Assembly (NCBI GenBank): GCA_036380155.1
Contig: DASVFG010000043.1
Location: forward strand, 1 to 46,907
Direction of reading: 5' to 3'
Length of the DNA: 46,907 nucleotides
Source: Candidatus Limnocylindria bacterium
GTDB lineage: Bacteria > Chloroflexota > Limnocylindria > QHBO01
Shown: positions 1 to 8,521 of the stretch, in pieces
How the letters are laid out: each line of letters starts with the position of its first letter
How positions within the stretch are numbered: position 1 is the first letter of the stretch
Made by a program: the position numbers and the translations under genes
Notes under the pieces: model-generated
Told to the model about the DNA's origin: nothing
What the model saw: only the letters and a program-made list of their open reading frames with translations
Database searches by the model: none

Positions 1-980
1 TCGGGGCGCGCGACTCGGCGACGATCGGCGGCATGGTGGCGACCAACGCCGGCGGCGCGAACGTCCTCCGCCACGGACCGATGCGACGCCAGCTGCTCGG
101 GTTCGAGGCGGTCCGCGCCGATGGATCCATCATCCGACGCCTTCCCGGGATGCCGAAGGACAACACCGGCTACGACCTGGGCGGACTGCTCGCCGGGTCC
201 GAGGGCACGCTGGCCGTCATCACCCGCGTCCGCTTGCGGCTCGTGCCGCCGCTCGTGCATCGGGCGGTCGCCGTCCTCGGCTGGCCGGATGCGGCATCCG
301 CGGTGACCGCCGCCGGCCGGCTGCGACGCGAGCTCGCGTCGCTCACGGCCCTCGAGCTGTTCACCGACGCCGGGCTCGAGCTCGTCATCCGCCATGCCGC
401 CGTCGCCGCACCGTTCGCGACGCGCACCCCGGTCTACCTGCTCGCCGAGGTGGGGTCGGATGCCGCCGATCCCACCGACGAGCTGCTCACCGCCCTCGAG
501 GCGATCGGCGTCGACGAGGACGCGGCGGCGGTGGCGTCGGACCCCGGCGGGCGCCATCGGCTCTGGCAGCTCCGCGAACGGCACACCGAGGCGGTCAACG
601 CCGAGGGCATCCCGCACAAGCTCGACGTGTCGGTGCCGGCCGCGCGCTACGCGGAGCTCGTCGAACGGGCGCCGCAGGTCGTGGCCGAGGTCGACCCGGC
701 CGCGCGCACGATCTCGTACGGGCATGTCGGCGACGGCAATGTCCACGTCAACATCCTCGGCCCGGCGGCTGATGACGATCGGGTGGACGACGCGGTGCTC
801 GGCCTCGTTCTCGAGCTGGGCGGCAGCATCTCGGCGGAGCACGGGATCGGCGTCGCGAAGGTCGGGTGGCTGGAACGGGATCGCGGCTCGGTCACGGTCG
901 ATGCGATGCGCGCGCTGAAGCGCGCCTGGGACCCGTCCGGCATCCTCAACCCCGGCGTCCTGTTCGCGGCCGATTCCTGA
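1..980 (+). CDS. FAD-linked oxidase (GlcD / D-lactate dehydrogenase family), 5' end outside window
   Basis: The frame of ORF 33..980 stays open to nt 3 and reads ..SATIGGMVATNAGG (PCMH-type FAD-binding motif), so the gene enters from the left edge. The C-terminal SAEHGIGVAK ... DPSGILNPG matches the FAD-oxidase C-terminal domain. High GC3. Confidence 0.85.
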   Translation, partial: GARDSATIGGMVATNAGGANVLRHGPMRRQLLGFEAVRADGSIIRRLPGMPKDNTGYDLGGLLAGSEGTLAVITRVRLRLVPPLVHRAVAVLGWPDAASAVTAAGRLRRELASLTALELFTDAGLELVIRHAAVAAPFATRTPVYLLAEVGSDAADPTDELLTALEAIGVDEDAAAVASDPGGRHRLWQLRERHTEAVNAEGIPHKLDVSVPAARYAELVERAPQVVAEVDPAARTISYGHVGDGNVHVNILGPAADDDRVDDAVLGLVLELGGSISAEHGIGVAKVGWLERDRGSVTVDAMRALKRAWDPSGILNPGVLFAADS

Positions 981-1015
981 CGCGAGCCGGCAGGAATGGG
1001 CCGTAGGATCGGTCC

Positions 1016-1819
1016 ATGACTGACTTCCTCGAGACCAACGGCGCACGCATCGCCTACGACACCGAGGGCGAAGGCGAGCCCGTCGTCCTCATCCATGCCG
1101 GCGTGGCGAACCGCAGCATGTGGGACGACCAGGTCGCCGCCCTGCGCGACGCGTACCGCGTGATCCGCTACGACACGCGCGGCTACGGCGAGACGACCAC
1201 GGAGAAGGTGTCGTTCTCGAACCGGGCCGACATCGCGGCCCTCCTGGATCACCTGGGCGAGGCGTCGGCCCACATCGTCGGCCTGTCGCGCGGCGGCATG
1301 ATCGCGCTCGACTTCACGGTCGAGTCGCCGGAACGCGTCCGCTCCCTGGCGGTCGTGGCCGGCGGCATCAGCGGCTACGAGTCACCCGACGAGGTGCCCG
1401 CCGAGACGTTCGAGCCGGTGGAGGCGATGTGGAAGGCCAAGGAGTGGGAGGCGCTGACCGATTGGGAGACCGCCTTCTGGGCCGACGGTCCCGGCCAGTC
1501 GCCCGACCGCGCCCCGGAGGTGCGAGCGCGCGTCCACGACTGGGTGCTCGAGAACTACCGGGCCGAGAAGGAGGAGGGCGAGCCGCAGCCGCTCGACCCA
1601 CCCGCCATCGGCCGTCTCGATGCGATCCGCGTGCCGCTGCTCGTCGTCCTCGGCACGCTCGACGACCCGGGCACGGTCGAGTCGATGCGCCAGCTTGCCT
1701 CACGGGTGCCCGGAGCCCGGCTCGAGGAGCTCGAGGCGGCCCACCTGGTCAACCTCGAGCATCCGGATCGATTCAACCGCATCCTCCGCGAGCACCTCGA
1801 CGGAGCGTCTGGCCGCTAG
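1016..1819 (+). CDS. alpha/beta hydrolase
   Basis: 267-aa ORF with an oxyanion region VVLIHAG, nucleophile elbow GLSRGG and a late His (EAAHLVNLEHP). Typical length for the fold. Confidence 0.85.
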   Translation: MTDFLETNGARIAYDTEGEGEPVVLIHAGVANRSMWDDQVAALRDAYRVIRYDTRGYGETTTEKVSFSNRADIAALLDHLGEASAHIVGLSRGGMIALDFTVESPERVRSLAVVAGGISGYESPDEVPAETFEPVEAMWKAKEWEALTDWETAFWADGPGQSPDRAPEVRARVHDWVLENYRAEKEEGEPQPLDPPAIGRLDAIRVPLLVVLGTLDDPGTVESMRQLASRVPGARLEELEAAHLVNLEHPDRFNRILREHLDGASGR

Positions 1820-1829
1820 CATCGCTCGC

Positions 1830-2849
1830 GTGAGCGAGATCGACGACCTGCTCGAGGCGGCCGCCGCACTTCGTGCCGACGGCGTGCTGTTCGCGCTCGC
1901 CACGGTCGTCGCGGTGCGCGGCTCCTCGTACCGCCGGCCCGGCGCGCGCCTCCTCGTCCCGCGTGACGGTCCGCCCGTCGGACTCATCAGCGGCGGCTGC
2001 CTCGAGGACGAGGCGGCACGGCTGGCGCGCTCGGTCATCGAGGCCGATGCGCCCCGCATGATCACGATCGACCACTCGGCGGAGGGCGATGAGCTGTGGG
2101 GGCTGGGTCTCGGCTGTCGCGGCGCCATCGACCTGCTCGCGGAGCCGCCGGCACTTGCCGCTGAGACCGTCGACGCGCTGGCCGCGGCGCGGCGCGAGGG
2201 GCGGCCGACCTTCCTGCTCACCGGGCTCGACGGCGAACGGCAGGTCCTCGATGCCACGGGCGCGGCGTCGCTGGGGGAACGCGCGGTGCACGCCGTGAAC
2301 CACGGCCGGCCGGCGGTCATCGGCGAGGCCGTCCTCGATGCCATCCTGCCGCCGCTCCATCTCCTCGTCTGCGGCGCCGGCCCGGACGCCGGCCCGCTCG
2401 TGGCGGCCGGCATCCGCCTCGGCTGGCGCGTCGACGTGGCCGACCCGCGCCGATCGCTCCTGCGGGCCGGCCGGTTCCCGGGTGCTCGACTGCTCGACGA
2501 CGACGCGGCCCATGCGGGCGACGTGGCCGGCGCCGGCGAGTGGACGGCGGCGGTCGTCATGAGCCACGACTACGTGCGCGACGCCGCGTTCCTCGACGGC
2601 CTGCTCGGCCGCGGACTGCCGTACCTCGGGGTGCTCGGTCCGCGCGATCGGACCGATCGGCTCCTCGCCGAGGTGACCCGCACCCCGGCGGAGCAGGACC
2701 TCCGCGCGCTGCATGCGCCGGCCGGGCTCGACCTCGGGGCGGACGGGGCGGAGCAGGTGGCGACCGCGATCGTCGCCGAGATCCTGGCCGTCTTCCACGG
2801 CCGGGGTGGCGGGCCGCTGCGTGACCGGACCGGCCCGATCCACGCGTAG
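1830..2849 (+). CDS. XdhC/CoxI family molybdenum-cofactor insertion accessory protein
   Basis: This is the C-terminal 339 codons of ORF 1620..2849. The first in-frame start after the upstream TAG (1817-1819) is GTG 1830. The N-domain reads VVAVRGSSYRRPGARLL and the Rossmann-like C-domain reads LLVCGAGPDAGPL ... MSHDY. The start is uncertain. Confidence 0.75.
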   Translation: MSEIDDLLEAAAALRADGVLFALATVVAVRGSSYRRPGARLLVPRDGPPVGLISGGCLEDEAARLARSVIEADAPRMITIDHSAEGDELWGLGLGCRGAIDLLAEPPALAAETVDALAAARREGRPTFLLTGLDGERQVLDATGAASLGERAVHAVNHGRPAVIGEAVLDAILPPLHLLVCGAGPDAGPLVAAGIRLGWRVDVADPRRSLLRAGRFPGARLLDDDAAHAGDVAGAGEWTAAVVMSHDYVRDAAFLDGLLGRGLPYLGVLGPRDRTDRLLAEVTRTPAEQDLRALHAPAGLDLGADGAEQVATAIVAEILAVFHGRGGGPLRDRTGPIHA

Positions 2850-2854
2850 GCGGG

Positions 2855-3874
2855 TCAGCCGCCGATGAAGCTCATCTCGACCTTCGGCCCCTCGACGGTC
2901 GCGAGGCTGCGCAACTCCGAGTAGCGGTCGTCGCGGCCGATCCAGATCCCGCGCAGCGCATCGGCCAGGTCGGCATCGCTGGCGCCGCCGCGGAGGAGGC
3001 CGCGCAGGTCATGGCCGCTGGTGCTGAACAGGCACGTGTAGAGGCTGCCGTCCGCGGAGAGGCGGGCGCGGGTGCAGTCTCCGCAGAACGGCTGGGAGAC
3101 GCTGGCGATCACACCGACCTCGCCCGCGCCGTCGCGGTACCGCCAGCGCCGGGCAACCTCCCCGCGGTAGTCCGCCCCGATCGGCTCGAGCGGCCAGCGC
3201 GCGTCGATGCGGGCCACGATCTCCGACGCCGGCACGACGTCGTCGAGGCGCCAGCCGTTCGTGTGCCCCACGTCCATGAACTCGATGAAGCGCACGGTCG
3301 TGCCCGTGCCACGAAACCGCTCGGCGAGGGCGAGGACCGCGTGCTCGTTCAGGCCGCGGCGGATGACGGCATTCACCTTAATCGGGCCCAGGCCGGCGGC
3401 CTCGGCGGCCGCGATGCCCTCGAGCACGCGGGAGACCGGGAAGCCGACGTCGTTCATCGCCTGGAACGTCGGGTCGTCCAGCGCGTCGAGGCTGACCGTC
3501 ACGCGCCGCAGTCCGGCATCGGCCAGCGCCTGCGCCTTCGACGCCAGGAGCGAGGCGTTCGTGGTCAGCGTCAGGTCCTCGACGCCCGGGATCGGCGCCA
3601 GCATGGCCACCAGCGTCTCGAGGTTGCGGCGCACGAGCGGTTCGCCGCCGGTGAGCCGGACCTTGCGGACGCCGAGCGGGACGGCCGCCCGCACCACGCG
3701 CTCGATCTCCTCGAAGTCGAGGATCTCCGACCGCGGCAGGAAGGCATGGTCGACCCCGTAGACCTCCTTCGGCATGCAGTACGTGCAGCGGAAGTTGCAG
3801 CGGTCGGTGACGCTGATGCGGAGGTCGTGGAGCGGGCGACCGAGGCGGTCGACGGCCGTGCCGGGGGCGGGCAT
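2855..3874 (-). CDS. moaA: GTP 3',8-cyclase (molybdenum cofactor biosynthesis protein A)
   Basis: Radical-SAM cluster motif [15 protein letters not shown], and the C-terminal second-cluster motif [13 protein letters not shown]. 339 aa. Confidence 0.92.
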   Translation of the reverse strand: MPAPGTAVDRLGRPLHDLRISVTDRCNFRCTYCMPKEVYGVDHAFLPRSEILDFEEIERVVRAAVPLGVRKVRLTGGEPLVRRNLETLVAMLAPIPGVEDLTLTTNASLLASKAQALADAGLRRVTVSLDALDDPTFQAMNDVGFPVSRVLEGIAAAEAAGLGPIKVNAVIRRGLNEHAVLALAERFRGTGTTVRFIEFMDVGHTNGWRLDDVVPASEIVARIDARWPLEPIGADYRGEVARRWRYRDGAGEVGVIASVSQPFCGDCTRARLSADGSLYTCLFSTSGHDLRGLLRGGASDADLADALRGIWIGRDDRYSELRSLATVEGPKVEMSFIGG

Positions 3875-3932
3875 ACCACGCGATCGTGGCAGCGCCGCCC
3901 CATTGACGCAATCGGGCCGGCGGCGGACCGGT

Positions 3933-4604
3933 CTACGGGACCAGCGAGCGGGCGACCTGGTCGAACGTCTCCACCGGGATCTGCCCGACGAGGCGCTGAG
4001 CCACCGTGCCGTCGCCGTTGACGAACACGAACGCGGGGAAGCTCGTCATTCCGAGGGCGGTGAGGCCCCCACTCGTCGCGTCGTCGACCATGGTCGGGAC
4101 CGTCCACTCCTCGCGGTCCAGCCACGCGGAGGGCGGATAGTTCGGCCGTGCGGCATCGATGGAGGTCGAGAGCGCCACGATTCGAACGCCCTCCGGCATC
4201 CCGCTCGAGGCGAGGTAGTCGACGAGGCGCGGTACCTCGGCCTGGCAGGACGGGCACCAGTGGGCGACCGCGACGACCACCATCGGCCCATCGCCCGGGT
4301 CGATGGAGATCACCTCGCCCGACAGGTCGGTGCCGGTCAGGGTCGGGATCGACTGCCCGATCGCGGCATCGGCGACGGGGTCCGAGAAGGCGGGCAGGGC
4401 GGCACCGTCCACGACGGTCGCCGCGCGGGCGGGCTCCGCGAGCGTGCCGGAGGCCGTGCTGCTGAGCAGGATCGCGACGAGGGCCGCGACGGTGATGAGC
4501 GCAAGGATGGCGCCGACCAGGATGAGCGGCGCGCGCGACGGCGCGGCGATCGGCGCGCTGCGGTGGCGAGGCATGCCGCGGCTGCGGCTGGCACGGGTGG
4601 TCAT
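3933..4604 (-). CDS. TlpA/ResA-family membrane-anchored thiol:disulfide oxidoreductase
   Basis: N-terminal TM anchor followed by a thioredoxin fold with active site WCPSCQAE. The start codon directly abuts the stop of the upstream DsbB-like gene. Confidence 0.85.
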   Translation of the reverse strand: MTTRASRSRGMPRHRSAPIAAPSRAPLILVGAILALITVAALVAILLSSTASGTLAEPARAATVVDGAALPAFSDPVADAAIGQSIPTLTGTDLSGEVISIDPGDGPMVVVAVAHWCPSCQAEVPRLVDYLASSGMPEGVRIVALSTSIDAARPNYPPSAWLDREEWTVPTMVDDATSGGLTALGMTSFPAFVFVNGDGTVAQRLVGQIPVETFDQVARSLVP

Positions 4605-5168
4605 TCAGGTGGTCTCCATGATCGGATCTGCCCCGCGGCCGGCGTAGGCGAACAGCAGGGTGAGGATGGCGAGGAAGCCGGCGAGCGCCATGACCGGGAT
4701 GGTGATGAACCCGAAGCGCTCCACCCAGATGAGGTCGCACGGCGCGGCCAGCGAGCAGGAGCCGCTCGGCAGCCCCGGAAGGCGCTCGACGCCGATGTGG
4801 TAGATCGAGATGAGCGCCCCGACGCCGGCCAGCGCACCGGCATAGCGGCGGACCCCGATGTCGCCGCGGACGGCGGCGAGGCCGAGGACGAGGACGAGCG
4901 GGTACATCGCGATGCGCTGGTACCAGCAGAGGACGCACGGCACGAAGCCAGCGACCTCGCTGAAGTAGAGGCTGCCCGCGGTCGCCACGGCAGCGACGGT
5001 CGCGCCCAGCCACAGCGCACCCGGGCCGACCAGCGTGCGTGCCGCCTCGGCGGCGCCCGGGAAGAGGCGCGGGCGGTCGAGCATCACGAGCAGCGCGGTC
5101 AGGAGGACCGCGCCGAAGGCGACGAGGACGAGGACGGCGAGGAACGTCGACACGACGACGGCGTTCAT
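4605..5168 (-). CDS. disulfide bond formation protein B (DsbB/BdbC family)
   Basis: GSLYFSE...PCVLCWYQRIAMYP motif as in Bacillus BdbC, several TM segments, and a second Cys pair (GSCSLAAPC). I chose the start at ATG 5168 (MNAVVV..). In-frame ATGs at 5252, 5201 and 5084 remain possible. Confidence 0.8.
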   Translation of the reverse strand: MNAVVVSTFLAVLVLVAFGAVLLTALLVMLDRPRLFPGAAEAARTLVGPGALWLGATVAAVATAGSLYFSEVAGFVPCVLCWYQRIAMYPLVLVLGLAAVRGDIGVRRYAGALAGVGALISIYHIGVERLPGLPSGSCSLAAPCDLIWVERFGFITIPVMALAGFLAILTLLFAYAGRGADPIMETT

Positions 5169-5268
5169 GCCGGCACACCGGGCATGCGCCCAGTAGCGCA
5201 TGGCGGCCGCACCGGGCCACAGGGCCGGATGTCCCGGCTCCCCACGGGCCATGCGGCCCGGTGTGACG

Positions 5269-7158
5269 CTAGAGGCGCAGGAAGCTGTCGATGCCGATGG
5301 CCGTCCCGGTCACGACGGCCACGCTCCCGCCGGTCAGGAGGGCGATGCGCGAGGTGGCGGCATCGCAGCGCGGGAGGGGCCACCCACCGGCGCCGAGGCC
5401 CAGCCCGAGCGCCCCGCCGAGCAGCAGGACGGCAGCGATGGCGACGACCGGCGTCAGCAGGTCGCTGTCGGCCCCCTCGTCGATCGCCGCGTCGCCGACG
5501 GTGAACGCGTAGCGCTGGCGGCCGAGCTCGGCGCCGGCGCTCGACAGCGTCAGGACGTTCGCGTCCCATCGGCTGCCGGGCGCGAGGACGATCGCGTCGG
5601 CCGTCCATGCCACCGTCCCGCTGTCGCTCACCACGGGTGCGACGTGACCGTCCATGCCCTCCATGCCCTCCATCCCGGCCATCCCGGGGTGGTGCAGCTC
5701 GACGCGGGTGGTCGATCCGCCGTCGAGCCGATCGAGGACGAGCTCGAGGTTGATCCCGGACGTGGCGAGCGCGTCGGTGGTGGTCACGACCGCGCGGTTC
5801 ACGCCGGGGCGGCCGGGCACGAGCTCGAGCGTCATGTCGGGCGCGATCTCGCCGAACGCGTCCGGCACGGGGCGGATCGCGACGCCCGGGGTGGCGTCGA
5901 TCGGCGAGGTCGTGGCCAGCACCCCGGTCGCGACGAGGACGGCCAGACCGATGCCCGACTCCGCCAGCGCACGCGTCGGAAGGCCGCCGAGCCACGCGCG
6001 GAGGCGACCGCCATCGAGGAAGTTGAGCCCGCCGAGCGCCAGCGCGCCGACCGCCACCACGGACTTCACGATCAGGGCGCGGCCGTACTCGGTATCCGGC
6101 GACACGAGCGTCCCGGTCTGCCACCACGCAGACACGACCCCCGATGCGCCGACGAGGCCGATGGCCACGAGCGCCAGCGCGGAGAAGCGCGGCACGATCG
6201 AGCGCCATGGCGGCGCCGTCTCGATGCCCAGCCATCGTGGCCGCACGCCGAGGAGGGCGAGGCCGGCCACGCCACCCAGCCAGACGCCGGCACCGGCAAC
6301 GTGAACGATGCCGACGAGGATCGGCACCGGCCCGGGCAGCGCGGCCGAGTGGCCCGCCGCCACGAGCAGCCCGATCCCGATGAGCGCGAGGGCCGCGGCA
6401 GCCGGCGGGACGGTTCGGCGCGGCAGGACGAGCAGCAGGCCGGCGCCGCCGAGGGCGACGAGCCCTCGCGCGAGCTGGAGCATCCCGTTGCGGCTGCCGA
6501 GGAGGTACGACCCGATGCCGCCGGCCTCCAGGGCGTTCACCACGCCGACCGCGAGCGCGGCCACTCCCGCGAGCGCGAGCCCCGTGGCGAGCAGCCGCAG
6601 GAATGGCGCCGCCGGCGATCCGCTGCGGAGGACGACCGACGCGAACACGGCGAGACCGAGCGCACCGAGCAGCCCGACGTACGACACGAAGCGGCCGGCG
6701 ACGTCGGCGAGATCGGTCTCGGTGTGCGTGGCGGTCGTCCCGTCCCCGGCGAGCTCGACATCGCCGACGCCGAACGAGAACGTGCCCTCGACGGTATGCC
6801 CGTCGGCCGCGGACAGCGTCCGCCAGGTCACCGCGTAGGCGCCGTCGGCCAGGTCGGGAAGCTCGGCGACGAGCGTGAACGGATCTTCGGGAGCGATCTC
6901 GCCCGCCCGGTCGAGGATCGGCTCACCCTCCGCGGTCCGCAGGTCGAGGGAGGTGACCTGCGCTTCGAGCGGCTCGCTGAACGCGAGGCGCAGCTCGGCC
7001 GGCGCCTCGGCCACGACTTCGCCCGCGCCGGGCGAGCTGGCGACGAGCTGGGCGTGGGCGAGCACCCGCGAGCCCGTCGCGCCCGGCAGAGCTGGGGCGA
7101 CGAGCAGCGCGAGGAGGGCGAGCGCGCCGGCGAGGCGCACCAGCCGCGGGGCGGCCAT
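5269..7158 (-). CDS. copper resistance/uptake CopC-CopD fusion protein (YcnJ-like)
   Basis: Signal peptide, then a CopC domain beginning at a mature-N-terminal His (LAHAQLVASSPG). A multi-TM CopD domain follows. The C-terminal extracytoplasmic domain carries the Met/His-rich stretch HHPGMAGMEGMEGMDGH and ends in terminal TM segments. Confidence 0.85.
   Translation of the reverse strand: MAAPRLVRLAGALALLALLVAPALPGATGSRVLAHAQLVASSPGAGEVVAEAPAELRLAFSEPLEAQVTSLDLRTAEGEPILDRAGEIAPEDPFTLVAELPDLADGAYAVTWRTLSAADGHTVEGTFSFGVGDVELAGDGTTATHTETDLADVAGRFVSYVGLLGALGLAVFASVVLRSGSPAAPFLRLLATGLALAGVAALAVGVVNALEAGGIGSYLLGSRNGMLQLARGLVALGGAGLLLVLPRRTVPPAAAALALIGIGLLVAAGHSAALPGPVPILVGIVHVAGAGVWLGGVAGLALLGVRPRWLGIETAPPWRSIVPRFSALALVAIGLVGASGVVSAWWQTGTLVSPDTEYGRALIVKSVVAVGALALGGLNFLDGGRLRAWLGGLPTRALAESGIGLAVLVATGVLATTSPIDATPGVAIRPVPDAFGEIAPDMTLELVPGRPGVNRAVVTTTDALATSGINLELVLDRLDGGSTTRVELHHPGMAGMEGMEGMDGHVAPVVSDSGTVAWTADAIVLAPGSRWDANVLTLSSAGAELGRQRYAFTVGDAAIDEGADSDLLTPVVAIAAVLLLGGALGLGLGAGGWPLPRCDAATSRIALLTGGSVAVVTGTAIGIDSFLRL
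5651..5686 (-). repeat. four 9-bp tandem units encoding the Met-rich motif of CopCD
   Basis: Plus strand TCCATGCCC TCCATGCCC TCCATCCCG GCCATCCCG, which is minus-strand (GMA)(GME)(GME)(GMD). Confidence 0.8.
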
Positions 7159-7745
7159 CAGGATCGGCGGCGTGCCAGGGTCAGGCCGAGCGCCAGGAGG
7201 CCGGCGACGAGGCCCGCAGCACCGAGGCCGAGCGCGATCGTCGAGGTCGTCGCCGCGTTGGCACCGGCCTCCGCATCGCGGGCGATGTCACCGGCGGCGG
7301 GAAGCACCACCGGGAACTGGTTCTCGCCCGTGTCCCGGATCTCGCCGAACGTGTCCGGCCCGGCCGTGAACGACTCGTCGATCGGCTCACCGTCGATCTC
7401 GCCGGTGATGTGGAACGTGTACGGGCCAGCCGCGGTCGGGATGAAGACCGAGCGGTAGGCCCCGGGCTCACCGAAGGCCGGCGACAGCTCGAGCGCCCGC
7501 GTGTCGTCGCCGAAGATCACCTCGGCCTCGAGGGTCTCCTCGAGCCCTTCGACGGGCTCATCGGCGTGCGTCACGCGAAGGTCGAGGCCGCTCTTCTGGC
7601 CGACGAACACCGGCTCGTCGAGGAAGCCGACGACCATCGTGATGTCGTCGATCTCGCGGACCTCGTGGGCCGACACGATGCCGGTGCCGAGGGTGATGGA
7701 CAGGATGGCCGCGCAGACGGCAGCCAGCCGCAGGGACGGTCGCAT
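7158..7745 (-). CDS. secreted, C-terminally anchored protein, YcnI-like (possible copper-binding)
   Basis: Signal peptide ending ..IVSA|HEV.., a beta-rich soluble domain, then a C-terminal TM anchor plus RRRS. The architecture and gene neighbourhood match YcnI (DUF1775) next to YcnJ. Sequence similarity itself cannot be verified by eye. The stop overlaps the copCD start at nt 7158. Confidence 0.55.
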   Translation of the reverse strand: MRPSLRLAAVCAAILSITLGTGIVSAHEVREIDDITMVVGFLDEPVFVGQKSGLDLRVTHADEPVEGLEETLEAEVIFGDDTRALELSPAFGEPGAYRSVFIPTAAGPYTFHITGEIDGEPIDESFTAGPDTFGEIRDTGENQFPVVLPAAGDIARDAEAGANAATTSTIALGLGAAGLVAGLLALGLTLARRRS

Positions 7746-7802
7746 GGGAAGGAACCTCGTCTGGCGGTCGGCGGCCGATGGACGGCGCCGCCGCGGGTGG
7801 AT

Positions 7803-8465
7803 CTAGGTGGCGACGAGGACCGAGGGCGGCGCGCGGCCCGCGACGGCGCGGGCGATGGGAGAGCTCAGGCGGACGAGGATGCGGGGCGCCGGGCGCGGAA
7901 CGCTCCGCGGAGCACGGCCGAGCGGGCGCCGCAGCGCGGCGAGGATGCCGGCGACCAGCCGGCGCTCCGCGACGCGGACGGCTGTCGCGACGAGGGCGGC
8001 GACGAGCGTGATGGCGGCGATGACCGGCAGCGCGAGCGGCGACTCCGGTCCGGCCAACGCCCCGAGGCCCGGTGCGTGGCCGTGCGTCAGGACGTGCTCG
8101 ATGTTCTCCTGAGCCACGAACCCGACCGCCACGATCAGCGTGAGGCGGCCCCAGTTCGCGGCTGCGCGCCGAAGCCATGCGGCGCGTGGGACGGCGGGAG
8201 CCTGCGCGGCCAGGGCGGATGCCCGCCGTCGGAGCTGGAACAGACGGATGCCGATGCGCGCGCCTGCGACGAGGCCGATGAGCAGGAGCACAGCGCTGGC
8301 GGCGCCCCAGTAAGCGTGGCCGGCCTCCCTGAGCGCACGCGCGAGTGCCTCGCCCGGGCCGACCTGGACCAGGAACGTGGCGTCGTGGCTGATGAGCAGC
8401 GCGACCGCCGCGAGTGCCCAGAAGGCGACGCGCTGACGATGCTCGTCGGGGATGACGGCGCTCAT
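7803..8465 (-). CDS. hypothetical integral membrane protein (4 predicted TM, HVLTHGH motif)
   Basis: Part of ORF 7803..8642, with the start placed at ATG 8465 (MSAVIPDEH..) just before the first hydrophobic segment. High GC3. I recognise no family. Confidence 0.55.
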   Translation of the reverse strand: MSAVIPDEHRQRVAFWALAAVALLISHDATFLVQVGPGEALARALREAGHAYWGAASAVLLLIGLVAGARIGIRLFQLRRRASALAAQAPAVPRAAWLRRAAANWGRLTLIVAVGFVAQENIEHVLTHGHAPGLGALAGPESPLALPVIAAITLVAALVATAVRVAERRLVAGILAALRRPLGRAPRSVPRPAPRILVRLSSPIARAVAGRAPPSVLVAT

Positions 8466-8521
8466 GTCAGTCCATACGGTAGCCGACACACTTCGCACGC
8501 TTGCCCGCTGGCGATCCAGCG

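Noticed and set aside
5200-7458. 752-aa plus-strand ORF covering the copCD region
   Set aside because: It is antisense to a gene with clear CopC/CopD domain structure. Its product is Arg/Gly/Asp/Pro-rich low-complexity sequence with no motifs, which is a typical high-GC shadow ORF.
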